Source: Candidatus Bathyarchaeota archaeon (GTDB lineage Archaea; Thermoproteota; Bathyarchaeia; Bathyarchaeales; Bathycorpusculaceae). From it: a stretch of 64,000 nucleotides of DNA. The first letter of the stretch is position 1; each line of letters starts with the position of its first letter. Positions 19,343 to 29,474 of this stretch are shown here, in pieces. The stretch covers positions 115,193 through 179,192 of the forward strand of contig CAVYHV010000010.1 in NCBI GenBank assembly GCA_963768425.1, in the 5' to 3' direction. The notes below the pieces were generated by a model that was not told the origin of the DNA, did not search any database, and saw only the letters and a program-made list of their open reading frames with translations. A program made the translations under genes and the position numbers.

Positions 19343-20422
19343 TTAAAGCGGACGGTCAATTTTAATTTTTTCAGTATTCACCGAATTCGATAAAGCAGGT
19401 TTAAGTTCAAGCCATTGTTGTGCTCCAAAGCCTATGATGAAAAATAGCCACAGCGTTATTATTCTTGTCAGTATGGTAGCTGTTGCAGCCAAAGCTCCAG
19501 GGATACCCATGGAAATGTAGAGAGTAGTCATCACTGCTTCTGGAAGACCTACCTCAAAAGGTATACCCACAGGGATTGACTTAACTGCAAGAAATATGGC
19601 TGAAGTCACAATTATTATACTTATTGAAACTGGATGATCCAGCGATATGAAGACAAGGTAAGGGATGCTGAGACTAAAAAACCAGGAAATAATCAAGTAG
19701 GACAACGAAAAAGCGACAGCTTTAGGGGTATGGCGGAACTCCTTAATTGAATCGTGAAAATGCGCTGCAATTTCGACGCCTTCCTCTTTCAATTTTTCAA
19801 GTTTTATTCTTCCACGGCTGATTTTCCGCGCAAAGTCTGACACCCAATTTATCCCTTTTAAAGTCCAATCCTGCTTGAAAGACAAAAACGCCATCAGGAA
19901 CAGGATGCCCACGATTACAACTGCGACCAAAATGATCAAATTAAAGACAAGAGGGTTAACGTTGCCGCCGAATGAAAGCAAAACTAAACCTGCTATTAAC
20001 GCAATAGCATTTAGTGCAGTGCCAAGGAACCTGTGAGTGTAGAGTGACGCTACAACTTTTCCGAATGGACCGCAGTTATCTCTAGTGAGCAGATATGTTC
20101 GGGTTACTTCTCCACTAATTGACTGGGCGGGAACGATTGTGTCAACGTACATTCCATACCAGACATACAGGTAAGCTCGAATCAAACTCATTTTGATACA
20201 AAGATGATTAGTCAAAACTCGCCAAGAAACGGTAAAAAACAGCACTTGAAGCAACCCGAACAATATGGCTATTGAGTAAATAAGAGGGTCTGCCTTTTCT
20301 GCAGTAGCGAATATGCCGCTAACATCTACCTTGAAGAGGTAAATATAAAGAAAAAAGCCGATAATTCCTAAGAGAGGAAAAAACGCCATTTTCCACGTAA
20401 ACTTCGGCTTTGGAATCTGCAT
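19343..20422 (-). CDS. UPF0104 / lysylphosphatidylglycerol-synthase-TM (flippase-like) membrane protein
   Basis: Multi-TM with RW, P...SGE..R, P....G..E and A....R patterns. Confidence 0.85.
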   Translation of the reverse strand: MQIPKPKFTWKMAFFPLLGIIGFFLYIYLFKVDVSGIFATAEKADPLIYSIAILFGLLQVLFFTVSWRVLTNHLCIKMSLIRAYLYVWYGMYVDTIVPAQSISGEVTRTYLLTRDNCGPFGKVVASLYTHRFLGTALNAIALIAGLVLLSFGGNVNPLVFNLIILVAVVIVGILFLMAFLSFKQDWTLKGINWVSDFARKISRGRIKLEKLKEEGVEIAAHFHDSIKEFRHTPKAVAFSLSYLIISWFFSLSIPYLVFISLDHPVSISIIIVTSAIFLAVKSIPVGIPFEVGLPEAVMTTLYISMGIPGALAATATILTRIITLWLFFIIGFGAQQWLELKPALSNSVNTEKIKIDRPL

Positions 20423-20671
20423 TGGCCTGCTGCACCCTAAAGTAAACCGTGAGATGTGGAACTATTATTATATACTTTGCTCAAATCCAAGCCTATAATC
20501 CTTAATACCGTAAGCGCTTAAAAGCAGTTAGAAGCTCCGCCCTTCAGTTTCAGAACAACCTTTTGAGATTTCATTATTAGATTTCGCGAAGAAATGTAGC
20601 TGCGCGAGCAACAAAACTAAAGGATAAAAAGGTCAAAAAAGAGTTAGATTTGTTTTCTAACATTGAAAAGC

Positions 20672-21241
20672 TTAGTATCTCGGTCTGTAACCGCCGCCAC
20701 CGCGACGATCCCGGTTGTCGCCTCTGTCTCTTCCGCCGTATCCGCCGCCACCGCCACCGTAACCTCCGCGTCCTCTGTCGCCGCCACCGTATCCGCCTCT
20801 TCCGCCGCCTCTGCCTCTGAATGGTCTACGTTCCTGCTCATATGCTTTGCTTGACACGTTGTTTTCCGTGTTTACCTCTACGCTTAGAGGTTCTTTTGCT
20901 AATTCTAGCTTGCCGTACTTGCCGATGTTCAGGCGAATGTTGCCTTTGAAAAGGGTCACATACCCGTTTTCTACGCGAACTGTGTCTGCTTCGTTTATCT
21001 TTTCAATGTTGTCGTCCCAAAGTGTCAGGTACACAACGCCCGTTTCGTCACCGACCAGCGCGTCGCTCACCTTATGTGGCGAGCCGTCTCTGCCCATTGG
21101 AATTTCTCTGACTTCTGTTTTAGATACAACTTTGGCCGTAACGTTAACCGCTTTAGATTGTGGGGTTAAGTCGCCGACTTTAGCTTCTACTGGTGTCTTT
21201 TTGTTTTCGAAAAAACCTTCAACAGCCAATTGGTTCAACAT
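20672..21241 (-). CDS. ssb: Single-OB ssDNA-binding protein with RGG-rich tail
   Basis: VGDETG.V.LTLW, ENGYV..FKG...LNIGKYG; RGG/GGY tail; start uncertain (TTG 21229 possible). Confidence 0.88.
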   Translation of the reverse strand: MLNQLAVEGFFENKKTPVEAKVGDLTPQSKAVNVTAKVVSKTEVREIPMGRDGSPHKVSDALVGDETGVVYLTLWDDNIEKINEADTVRVENGYVTLFKGNIRLNIGKYGKLELAKEPLSVEVNTENNVSSKAYEQERRPFRGRGGGRGGYGGGDRGRGGYGGGGGGYGGRDRGDNRDRRGGGGYRPRY

Positions 21242-21472
21242 CCATGTATTTTGGTTCTAAAACAAAACAACAAGCTCTCTACACTTAAGTTTTTCGCTTT
21301 ACCAATCTTGTAGACCATCTCCCCAAAGACTTTTAGCACCGTCATTTATGATCCAGAGCGACGTGCTCGAAGGCGGCGTTATGAGTTTATTCATATTACA
21401 AAGAAATACTTAGGCATAAGAATTAAACCGACAGACCTCTTCGAAAAAAAAGAAAAAAGAGAAGATTTTAGT

Positions 21473-21853
21473 TTACCCTATATTCCATCTCTTAGCTACC
21501 TTCACTATGAGGAACACGATAAGGGCCACAAAGATGAACGTAATTAGCGCCACCAAAAAGTCACCTATTCCAAACGACTGCTTCGTAACCGTGACTGCGT
21601 ATGTAGCCAAGTTTGACATGCCGGGAATAGCTAAACCCAAGAGAGGAATAATGAAGTCTGAGACAACCGCTTTAACAACAGCACCAAGATACAAACCTAA
21701 AACGAAAGCAACAGCTAAACCAAGAACTTTGTACGATGATAGGAAGTCTTTGAATTCGTTCCATAATCCTTTGGGCGGTGTTGGCGGCGGAGCTTTTTCT
21801 AGAGCTTCTCTAATTTTCTTCAACTCTTCCAGAATTTGGTCTTCATTGTCCAT
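21473..21853 (-). CDS. mscL: Large-conductance mechanosensitive channel
   Basis: EFKDFL....VLGLAVAFVLG, V.DFIIP, GDFL.ALITF. Confidence 0.9.
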   Translation of the reverse strand: MDNEDQILEELKKIREALEKAPPPTPPKGLWNEFKDFLSSYKVLGLAVAFVLGLYLGAVVKAVVSDFIIPLLGLAIPGMSNLATYAVTVTKQSFGIGDFLVALITFIFVALIVFLIVKVAKRWNIG

Positions 21854-22331
21854 TCTGATTACCGAGCGTTAATATGTCCAAGTTTGTTTTAATAACTTTC
21901 TGTTCCAGCGAAACAGTTCTCCGTTTGCATGAAAGTTAACAAAGAATTGCAGAAACTTCACAAAAATTCGCGAATAATTCTCACACTTCTATTACGTTGC
22001 AGGTTTCGTATGACGTCATCCGCCCCGCAGCTCATTCGTTGAGTCTCTCGCGCGATCTATCCGAAGAAAGAACTTGATGAATTATTTTTGCAAGCGAAAA
22101 TATACATTAGGCTTACTTTTAATGTTTGAAGTTATATTTTTTAATAAAAAAGAAGGACAAAATAAGGACGTTCTCTGGAGTTAGCTTAAAGTCCCGTAGT
22201 ACTAAATAAGCGCCAAAGGTCCCCTCCCTCTTATCACATACCTAAATACAGGAATGAGCCAAGTCTAACTATAACTGAGTTTTGAATCAAGCCTAAAACA
22301 ACTTTTAACTGCACCAAGAACAAGGCAATAT

Positions 22332-22448
22332 TTAGATGCTGTGTTCCCATATTTTGCCGTTATGGACCTCTTGTCGGTGAACCCATAGTTCTCGGGGGTT
22401 GGGGCAGCCTTGTTTGCATACTGGACACTTGAATTCTTGATTCTGCAT
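22332..22448 (-). CDS. C2H2 zinc-finger micro-protein
   Basis: FKCPVCKQGCPNPRELWVHRQEVH. Confidence 0.65.
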   Translation of the reverse strand: MQNQEFKCPVCKQGCPNPRELWVHRQEVHNGKIWEHSI

Positions 22449-22673
22449 TATCAAAACCTTAACCGTTACTATCGATTGACCCAGTATATTAAACAATGTG
22501 ACTGTACCGATACTATAGCAAGCTACCAAGCACTGCTAAGCTTAACACGCTAAGAAGCAAAAACAAACCTACTTTTTGCTTTGGAACGCTGAATTTCCAT
22601 ATTTCAGCTGCAGTTGGGCATTCAATTCTTGAAATCATCCAAGTGTACTTATCAGGGAAACATCGATGCTTGT

Positions 22674-22835
22674 TTATTTTCTAATTATGCGATTGGCCCC
22701 GATTGCCAAGATGCGTGCGTTTTCAGCAGCTTTCTTTTTTGTCTTACACTGTGGGTATATAATGCAGCTTTCGCAGCATGGCGAGTTGCTTTTGGTTTGG
22801 CAATCCAAGATTATAGTTTGATCCATTATGTCCAT
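22674..22835 (-). CDS. Small Cys-rich hypothetical protein
   Basis: ORF track; DC......CCESCIIYPQC; start uncertain. Confidence 0.4.
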   Translation of the reverse strand: MDIMDQTIILDCQTKSNSPCCESCIIYPQCKTKKKAAENARILAIGANRIIRK

Positions 22836-23043
22836 GATTATTCTATCTCTCAGCGGGTTTCCCACAATATTATATACTAATATACCAGATAGTATTTAAA
22901 TGTCCATATTTAAAAGTATCGACTGCACACTCACCTAAAAAACAAAATCAATGTATAAGATTATCTCAGTCGAGGAAAATTGGCAATCTTCGGATCAAAA
23001 ATCAGGAATAGCTCCGAAACATAAAAATGATGACTTCAAGACG

Positions 23044-23394
23044 TTAAGCTTGCGTTTCAACATACTCTTTCAAAGCTGTTGCACTGTTGAGTTTTTCTTC
23101 CTTAGATCCGAAAAGAAAAGTGACTTTCCGCCTTTTCGATTCTTCCGACAACTTCAAAACAAGATCTTTGTGCTTATCCAATTCAGCCCAATAGCGTTTT
23201 TTGAATTCAACCCATTTCGGTGTGTCATGGTTGTACCACTTTCTAAGTTCCGCGCTTGGGGCAACCTCTCTTATCCACTCGTCAACTTTCGCGTTTTCCT
23301 TTTTTAGCCCTCTTGGCGAAAGACGCTCAACTAAAATACGCTTGCCATCTTCTGCACAGGGTTTCTCATAAGCGCGCTTCAACAAAATGGGCAC
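23044..23394 (-). CDS. DUF488/YeaO family protein
   Basis: KRAYE....DG.RILVERL.PRG, VAPSAELRKWY.HD. Confidence 0.92.
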   Translation of the reverse strand: MPILLKRAYEKPCAEDGKRILVERLSPRGLKKENAKVDEWIREVAPSAELRKWYNHDTPKWVEFKKRYWAELDKHKDLVLKLSEESKRRKVTFLFGSKEEKLNSATALKEYVETQA

Positions 23395-23434
23395 ACTATT
23401 TTCCTCTTTTTTGGTGCTTAAGACTTGAAATGGA

Positions 23435-23677
23435 TCAAGTTCCAGTTAGGATGCCGACTACTTTCATCCGTTCAATAGCTTCTTCACCGTGAGGAGCAAT
23501 CTCTAGGGCCATCGTTAAATCCTGACCCGCCTCATGCCCCAAATGGTCACCGTCCAACCATTGAAGAGAATCCGTTACATCATACACTTTGCCTTTGTAC
23601 CCGATGTATGCAGGATGGCCGTTTTTTCCGTTAAATTTGCTGAGGTCATCCATGCTGAATGTCTGCTGCTTCTCCAA
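23435..23677 (-). CDS. Cytochrome b5-like heme/steroid-binding protein
   Basis: FNGKNG.PAYI..KGKVYDVT...W..G.H..H.AGQDLT...APHG. Confidence 0.9.
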   Translation of the reverse strand: MEKQQTFSMDDLSKFNGKNGHPAYIGYKGKVYDVTDSLQWLDGDHLGHEAGQDLTMALEIAPHGEEAIERMKVVGILTGT

Positions 23678-23805
23678 AATCTTAGCTCCTTTAATGTATC
23701 CTGACTAAAAGTCAAACTTCCTAGTCACGGCTAGATGGTATAACTCTTGCGGTTACAGATTCATTTTCAAAAACGCTCCGCAAGTAAAATTGTCGGGCGT
23801 CATTG

Positions 23806-24780
23806 CTAGCCCTTAGCCTGAAGTGTTTCCTCGGCTTTTTGCGCCCATTTCGCATCCTTCCAAATCGCTCTACCTACTGCTACCAAGTCAACTTTCCCGT
23901 CGCGAACCAGTCTATCAGCGAATTTAGCGTCTCGAATCCCGCCTACACCGATAACGGGAACCTTAACAGCCTTCTTAATCCGAGTTGCTTGAGGAACAAA
24001 ATAGCCGACAACCCGCTTAAGCTGCTTTGGCTCACTTCCGCACATTCCTCCCGACACGTCAATAATATCAACCCCTGCTTGCTCCAGCTGAAATGCAAAA
24101 GATATTGAGTCCTCAATTTGGATTCCGTTGGGCGCCAAGTCATCCGCTCCCAACCTGTAGAGCAGAAGCTTCCCATCGAGGCGTTCACGAACCCTCTTGA
24201 CGACTAACAATGGAAAACGCATTCTGTTCTCTAACGAGCCGCCGAACTCATCCCCTCGGCCGTTAATCAGCGGTGAGAAGAACTGGTTAAGCAGATAACC
24301 GTGAGCTCCATGAATCTCAACGCCATCGAAGCCCGCTTTAACTGCCCGTTCAGCGGCAGCTGCAAACTCTTCAGCGATGGCATCCAACTCGTTTACTTCT
24401 AAGCCTCTGGTTTTGCCTCGCGCAGAAGGACCCGCAGGTTGAGCATCTATAACTTTTTTGTTAGCAACTCCACCTGCATGGGTAATCTGCAGCACAGCTG
24501 GGGCACCAACATAATGAATCGACGTGGCAAGCTTCTCAAGCCCTTTTAGGAGCGAGTCATCGTAGATTCCAAGCTGTTTTGGCCCAATCTTTCCGAGCCG
24601 TGAAATATACGAGTGCTCAACAATTGGCAAACCCACGCCACCGACCCGCCTCACATAGAAACTAATCAGCCTATTCGTCACTTCACCTTCAAAAGAAGCC
24701 CGACCCGACTGCATCGGAGCCATAACAATACGATTCCTCAAAGTCAAGCTCTTAACATTCAGAGGTTCAAGAAGATTCAT
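23806..24780 (-). CDS. NADH:flavin oxidoreductase (Old Yellow Enzyme family)
   Basis: LRNRIVMAPM, GFDGVEIHGAHGYLLNQF.SP, GGSLENR.RF. Confidence 0.95.
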   Translation of the reverse strand: MNLLEPLNVKSLTLRNRIVMAPMQSGRASFEGEVTNRLISFYVRRVGGVGLPIVEHSYISRLGKIGPKQLGIYDDSLLKGLEKLATSIHYVGAPAVLQITHAGGVANKKVIDAQPAGPSARGKTRGLEVNELDAIAEEFAAAAERAVKAGFDGVEIHGAHGYLLNQFFSPLINGRGDEFGGSLENRMRFPLLVVKRVRERLDGKLLLYRLGADDLAPNGIQIEDSISFAFQLEQAGVDIIDVSGGMCGSEPKQLKRVVGYFVPQATRIKKAVKVPVIGVGGIRDAKFADRLVRDGKVDLVAVGRAIWKDAKWAQKAEETLQAKG

Positions 24781-25167
24781 GACTTGACACCGATGCCATA
24801 ATGCCTAATTTGGACTATAAGAACTTAATCTGAAAGACTTCTCAGATGTTAATAACAAAAAATTTCGAAAAAGTGTGTAAATTGGATTCAATTTTGCTGG
24901 TAGCCTTTTGGCTGAGACGAAAATATCTTAGGCGAGACCATTTAAGGGTTGAGATCTTCAATAGTGTAGTGGCAGTTTGTCTGGGTAGTCGTGCGGTGAA
25001 AACGTTTCTTCAATTTAGATTTTCCAAGCCAAAAGCCGCATTGATTGATGAAAATTGGTCGAGTAGATTGATAATCCGTTTCAGTGTGATGGTTGAAACT
25101 TGATTGAAATAAGATATAGATATTAGGCTGAGCCAGCACCTTATAGTCCTCTTTAAGTGTTGGTTTT

Positions 25168-25581
25168 ATGGATTGTAGATTGCAAGTCTTCAAGCTTGAC
25201 GCAACGGACAGCAATTTGAAACAGACCTACCGCTTTGCCGTAGTGGATTACAGTCGGTCTAAGAGTTATCCCGCGAACTTCGTTTGTATGTTGCCCGCCA
25301 AAGTTGATCAGGGAAAGGGGAAAATCGCAAATGTGTTTGGAACGCTTTTTGGTGATAGAAGCTTAGAATTCGCTATTGGATTGTTGAATGCTGCGCTCAA
25401 AAGCGAGGGTGATGCAGATGTTAAGTCGGAGATAGAGCGAAGACTTAAACTTCTTGATCCAAAGCAAGCTGGATTGGTCGAATGTAGTTTATGTAAGAAG
25501 ACGTTCCGACCTTCCAAAACGAGAAAGTACAAACAACACTTTTGCCGGGAATGTTTTCGGAAAAGGTTTGCGGTTAGGTGA
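25168..25581 (+). CDS. Hypothetical protein with C-terminal Zn ribbon
   Basis: CSLC...CREC motif; ORF track. Confidence 0.7.
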   Translation: MDCRLQVFKLDATDSNLKQTYRFAVVDYSRSKSYPANFVCMLPAKVDQGKGKIANVFGTLFGDRSLEFAIGLLNAALKSEGDADVKSEIERRLKLLDPKQAGLVECSLCKKTFRPSKTRKYKQHFCRECFRKRFAVR

Positions 25582-25650
25582 AAATTCCTAAACGGCTTGA
25601 ATTAGCTGTGTTAGTATTGACTCAAAAATAGGTTTTTGGTTGATTTATTC

Positions 25651-25896
25651 ATGAAAATAGTGAAAGGGTGGAAGCGAATAAGCAACAAAGGCGGGTTCGT
25701 AAACGAGATTACGGGGCAAACCTTGATTATCGCAAAGCAAGAGTTTGGGGAGCATTATCACGTATTGCTTTTTCGGCAGGAGCGAACCGATAATGTTGAA
25801 GGCAATAAAATATCCCCAGAGTATTCCAGCGAAGATAAAGCTGAAGTTTTTGCAATGGATTGGATGAAGAAAAATCCGAATGGAACAATTACATAA
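25651..25896 (+). CDS. Hypothetical protein
   Basis: ORF track; A..FA.DWMKKNP C-terminus. Confidence 0.6.
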   Translation: MKIVKGWKRISNKGGFVNEITGQTLIIAKQEFGEHYHVLLFRQERTDNVEGNKISPEYSSEDKAEVFAMDWMKKNPNGTIT

Positions 25897-25962
25897 TAGA
25901 AAAAGACTTTTATTTTAGCTTAAATTTGCTGAAAAGCCCTGCCGTTAAAAAAGCTGAAGGAC

Positions 25963-26094
25963 TTAAGTTTCTTTCTTCTTGATGGTATCTACGTAGTTTT
26001 TCTTGCTTGTTTTCTTTCTCATTGTGCAATTGAGTCGAACGGATGATTTACATCTACGACAGTTTTTAACTAGACCTGCTCTTAAGATACACAT
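25963..26094 (-). CDS. Basic Cys-containing micro-protein (43 aa)
   Basis: MCILRAGLVKNCRRCKSSVRLNCTMRKKTSKK...; GAGGT SD-like site upstream. Confidence 0.45.
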   Translation of the reverse strand: MCILRAGLVKNCRRCKSSVRLNCTMRKKTSKKNYVDTIKKKET

Positions 26095-26463
26095 ACTATT
26101 TTACCTCTTTTGATTTTGATTTTTAGAAAAGAATCAATTATACGATCAGTGCCAATCCAACAGGATAAGAGAAACTCTTCATGCACTCAAACCCTTCCCC
26201 CACTAATAAATATTCGATAAAATAGGGAAGTTTTGCACGCAGAAAACGCATTAATTCTTATTTTTTTAGGAAAACCGTGAAAACGAAATATTTCGTGATT
26301 TTAAGCTGAAAAAGGTTTTTTCCAGGTGCATAGTCTAATATAGGTCTTAGCATCATTAATAAGCTGTTAGAATTCTTTAGAGGAAGAGTTGAACCAAGCA
26401 GACTTCTTTTTCTCCGGATTATTCTGATTATGTTTGGCTTTGTGCCAAATTTGGGTATGAAAA

Positions 26464-26769
26464 ATGGGCAAAAGAAAAATTACAAATGAAGGCAACTTGG
26501 ATAGTATGGTTTTGCCTTCCGCGAATGATGTGTTGGGCTTGGCAGTAAAAATGTTGGGTGCCGATAGAATCATGGTAAAATGTCAAGATGGACAAGAACG
26601 ATTATGCAGGATCAGAGGTAAACTGAAAAGGCGTGTTTGGATACGCGAAGGCGACATTGTTTTGGTTTCTCCTTGGGATTTCCAAAGTGAAAGCAGGGGA
26701 GACATTTTTTGGCGATACAGAAAGAACCAATCAGACTGGCTTAGAAACCACAATTATCTTACGATGTAG
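26464..26769 (+). CDS. eif1a: Translation initiation factor aIF-1A
   Basis: MLGADRIMVKCQDG.ERLCRIRGKLKRRVWIREGDIVLVSPWDFQ. Confidence 0.95.
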   Translation: MGKRKITNEGNLDSMVLPSANDVLGLAVKMLGADRIMVKCQDGQERLCRIRGKLKRRVWIREGDIVLVSPWDFQSESRGDIFWRYRKNQSDWLRNHNYLTM

Positions 26770-26788
26770 AGAGGGCTGCAAGATTATC

Positions 26789-26953
26789 TTGAAATGTACT
26801 GAATGTGGAAACACATTCCAAAGAGAACGTCTGGTTAATGGCGAAGTGCTTACCTGCCCCGTATGCGACGCTAACTACAAAGCTGTAATCAAAGATGGAA
26901 AATTGCGCTTAGAAGATTTGGTCTTTGAAGAACAAGACCTTGGCGAACTATAA
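26789..26953 (+). CDS. LysW/ArgW-like Zn-ribbon protein with atypical C-terminus
   Basis: CTECG...GEVLTCPVCDA...EEQDLGEL* versus canonical EDWGE*. Confidence 0.65.
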   Translation: MKCTECGNTFQRERLVNGEVLTCPVCDANYKAVIKDGKLRLEDLVFEEQDLGEL

Positions 26954-26968
26954 CAAAACTGAATAGAG

Positions 26969-27514
26969 GTGAATAAAATGGGTATGGAAAATAAAACAAA
27001 TTTCATAATTGCTGTTAACGGCTACAAAATTGTGAAGAAAGAGAAAAACGCCGACTTTACCGACGTCACGGCGTCAGACAATTGGAACAAGAAAGTTCTT
27101 TTGCGAATGATTGAACCGTCAAATGACCAATGTATAGTCATGAATGACGTTAAGAACATGGCAGAGCTAATAAAACGTGATAGCTACGACTCTGCATTCT
27201 TAATAAGCAAAAAGTTTACAGATAACGCTGTTAGCGAAATGGAGAAACAAAAAATCCAGCATGTCTCAGACGATTATATGCCTCCTTTTGAAATTGAAAA
27301 ACTATACTCCGCAATAGTTGACTACGCAAATGGCCAGTGTCAGAGAAAGTGCGGAAAAGATTCCATAATAACCTCTGACTGCACCGAAAAGAAGACTGCT
27401 GACCTCTGTAAAATTAGAGCTCTTGCGAACAACGCGAAATGCCATTTTGAACAGCAATTAGTGGGCTTGCTGAAAAACGATCTTAAAATCGCTTTGGCGT
27501 TAAGTAAACCATAA
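26969..27514 (+). CDS. Hypothetical protein (restriction-endonuclease-like N-domain, Cys-rich C-terminus)
   Basis: GYKIV...DVTA..., LISKKFTDNA pattern; four C-terminal Cys. Confidence 0.55.
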   Translation: MNKMGMENKTNFIIAVNGYKIVKKEKNADFTDVTASDNWNKKVLLRMIEPSNDQCIVMNDVKNMAELIKRDSYDSAFLISKKFTDNAVSEMEKQKIQHVSDDYMPPFEIEKLYSAIVDYANGQCQRKCGKDSIITSDCTEKKTADLCKIRALANNAKCHFEQQLVGLLKNDLKIALALSKP

Positions 27515-27648
27515 TTCCCTGATTCTTTTGTGTTTTCTATCTGTTATTTGGTATTTCTAAGCAAAGGTTTAATTCTGTTGTGTTTCAATATTTCCACGTT
27601 AATTAGTCCGCTATATTCTTAGCCAAAGATTAACAGGACTGACAACTA

Positions 27649-27867
27649 ATGTCTGAACGAGCCTCAACTGAAATAAAATGTAGTGATTGCGGCAAAACCG
27701 CCACTGTGCCCTTCAAGCCGACAGCAGGAAAACCAGTTTACTGCCGAGAATGCTTAAGCAAACATAGAACCCCACGAAATGAAACAGGACCGCGAATGGA
27801 AACCAGGACCCAAGTTCCTGAAAATGAAAAACAGGCTTGGTCTAGACGACGAGAAAGTTGGAAATAG
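27649..27867 (+). CDS. CxxC-x17-CxxC domain protein
   Basis: CSDCGKTATVPFKPTAGKPVYCREC. Confidence 0.92.
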   Translation: MSERASTEIKCSDCGKTATVPFKPTAGKPVYCRECLSKHRTPRNETGPRMETRTQVPENEKQAWSRRRESWK

Positions 27868-27871
27868 AGAT

Positions 27872-28141
27872 TTACCCTATTAATTCAACGGTTGTACCTA
27901 TTGCTTGGCCTGGGACTGGTCGCGCAAACTTTACTCTGACCATGCCATTTCTTCCGTGCATTCCGACGACTTTTCCAGTGTGTGCTTTTTTGCCAATACC
28001 CCAAACTACCTTCTGTCCGATGAGTTTTCCGGCTGCGGATGCAGAATCTATGTTTTTGAATTCGATTAAGCATTCTTTTGTTTGCTGAGCGCTTTCTCCA
28101 AGCCGATAATTAGTTATTCTACCTATAATCTTCTGAGACAA
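27872..28141 (-). CDS. rpl35ae: 50S ribosomal protein L35Ae
   Basis: GRITNYR.G...Q, A.KLIGQKVVW, GKV...HG.NG.VRVKF...VPGQAIG. Confidence 0.88.
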   Translation of the reverse strand: MSQKIIGRITNYRLGESAQQTKECLIEFKNIDSASAAGKLIGQKVVWGIGKKAHTGKVVGMHGRNGMVRVKFARPVPGQAIGTTVELIG

Positions 28142-28294
28142 AATATCCACCTTAAGTACCCCTTTGTATGGAATGCAAGCATTTAAATGTGCCCGATTCA
28201 TTGAAGCGAAAAAATTTGTTCCTCAACAAGCAAAAAAACAAGTTGAAGGGAAGATGGCGACCGGTTATAGGTTCAGCCATCACCTTAAGGTGAT

Positions 28295-28567
28295 TTAAAA
28301 GTAAGATTTCGGGTCAATGGAACGAAGGGGATGATTAGAGATGATGAAGTTCCCAACTTCCAATTGCAGACTTAGTTCCTTTTGCGCTGCAAAATCCGCC
28401 AGCAACTTGTACAGGTCGGCGCCCAATGTTTTTCTTTCTACAAATAAAACAAAGCCGTCTTCTGCTGTGTCAAGCATCTTAACATTTATTCCGCAGCTGG
28501 CTTGGATTTCGCCTTTAAACTTCATTGCGTTAGACAAATTCAATATTAACTCATCTAGCCAAGACAC
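28295..28567 (-). CDS. Hypothetical protein
   Basis: ORF track only. Confidence 0.55.
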   Translation of the reverse strand: MSWLDELILNLSNAMKFKGEIQASCGINVKMLDTAEDGFVLFVERKTLGADLYKLLADFAAQKELSLQLEVGNFIISNHPLRSIDPKSYF

Positions 28568-28675
28568 GTTTTAGATGCACTTACGTAGTCTAATAACTAA
28601 TTGAATCTTTCGTTATGTTCTTTTGCAAATTTTCAAAATATAATGTTATATACCATGATTAATACTGTAGTCCCT

Positions 28676-29464
28676 GTGTCAGAACATAAACTTGAATGGC
28701 CTGAACCCGGCGACCTCGTCATTGCAACCATAGAAAGCGTTATGGATTATGGAGCGTACGCTAACTTGGATGAATATGAGAAACGAGGTTTCCTTCATAT
28801 TTCTGAAATCTCAAGCGCACGAGTAAGAAACGTTCGTGACTTTGTTCGAGAAAAACAGAAAATGGTGCTGAAAGTTGTCCGCGTGAACCTTGACAAAGGC
28901 CACATTGACTTATCTCTTAGACGTGTTACAAAGCGCGAAAGAATCGAGAAAGTTAAGGTTTGGAAGAAAGAACGCAAAGGCGAAGTGCTTTTGCGTGCGG
29001 TTGCTGAAAAAGTAGGTTTGCCATCCGAAGAGGTCTACGAAAAAGCAGGCAAAATTCTGGATGAAAGAGACGGTTTGTATGAGGGCTTCGAAGAAGTGCT
29101 CAAAGAGGGCACGGAAGCGCTAACTAAACTTGGAATCCCTGAAGACATCGCTCAAGCTTTTGCTCAGGTTGCGGAGGAACGAATACATATCAAACTAGTG
29201 AAAGTCAGGGGCGTTCTGGAAGTTCGTTGCATGAAGCCCAACGGCGTCGGATGCATCAAGGACGCGTTCCTGAGTACAAAGAAAGCGCTGAAGGCAAAAG
29301 ATGCTAAAGTCGAGTTTTATGTTATCGCCGCTCCCAAATACAGCGTTGAGGTTTCAGCTGACAACTGGAAGCGGGCTGAAGATCTTCTTGATGAAGTGAG
29401 CCAAAACATAGTGACAAAGATTACTGAAGCAGGCGGACATGGCTCCTTTAAACGAGAAAAATAA
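28676..29464 (+). CDS. eif2a: Translation initiation factor aIF-2 alpha subunit
   Basis: WPEPGDLVI, GAY..LDEY, LHISEISS, KGHIDLSLRRV, AAPKY. Confidence 0.95.
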   Translation: MSEHKLEWPEPGDLVIATIESVMDYGAYANLDEYEKRGFLHISEISSARVRNVRDFVREKQKMVLKVVRVNLDKGHIDLSLRRVTKRERIEKVKVWKKERKGEVLLRAVAEKVGLPSEEVYEKAGKILDERDGLYEGFEEVLKEGTEALTKLGIPEDIAQAFAQVAEERIHIKLVKVRGVLEVRCMKPNGVGCIKDAFLSTKKALKAKDAKVEFYVIAAPKYSVEVSADNWKRAEDLLDEVSQNIVTKITEAGGHGSFKREK

Positions 29465-29474
29465 TGGTGTAAGC

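Noticed and set aside
20663-20854. Ala/Thr/Ser-rich ORFs and GC-rich repeats
   Set aside because: Antisense or alternate-frame shadows of the SSB RGG tail.
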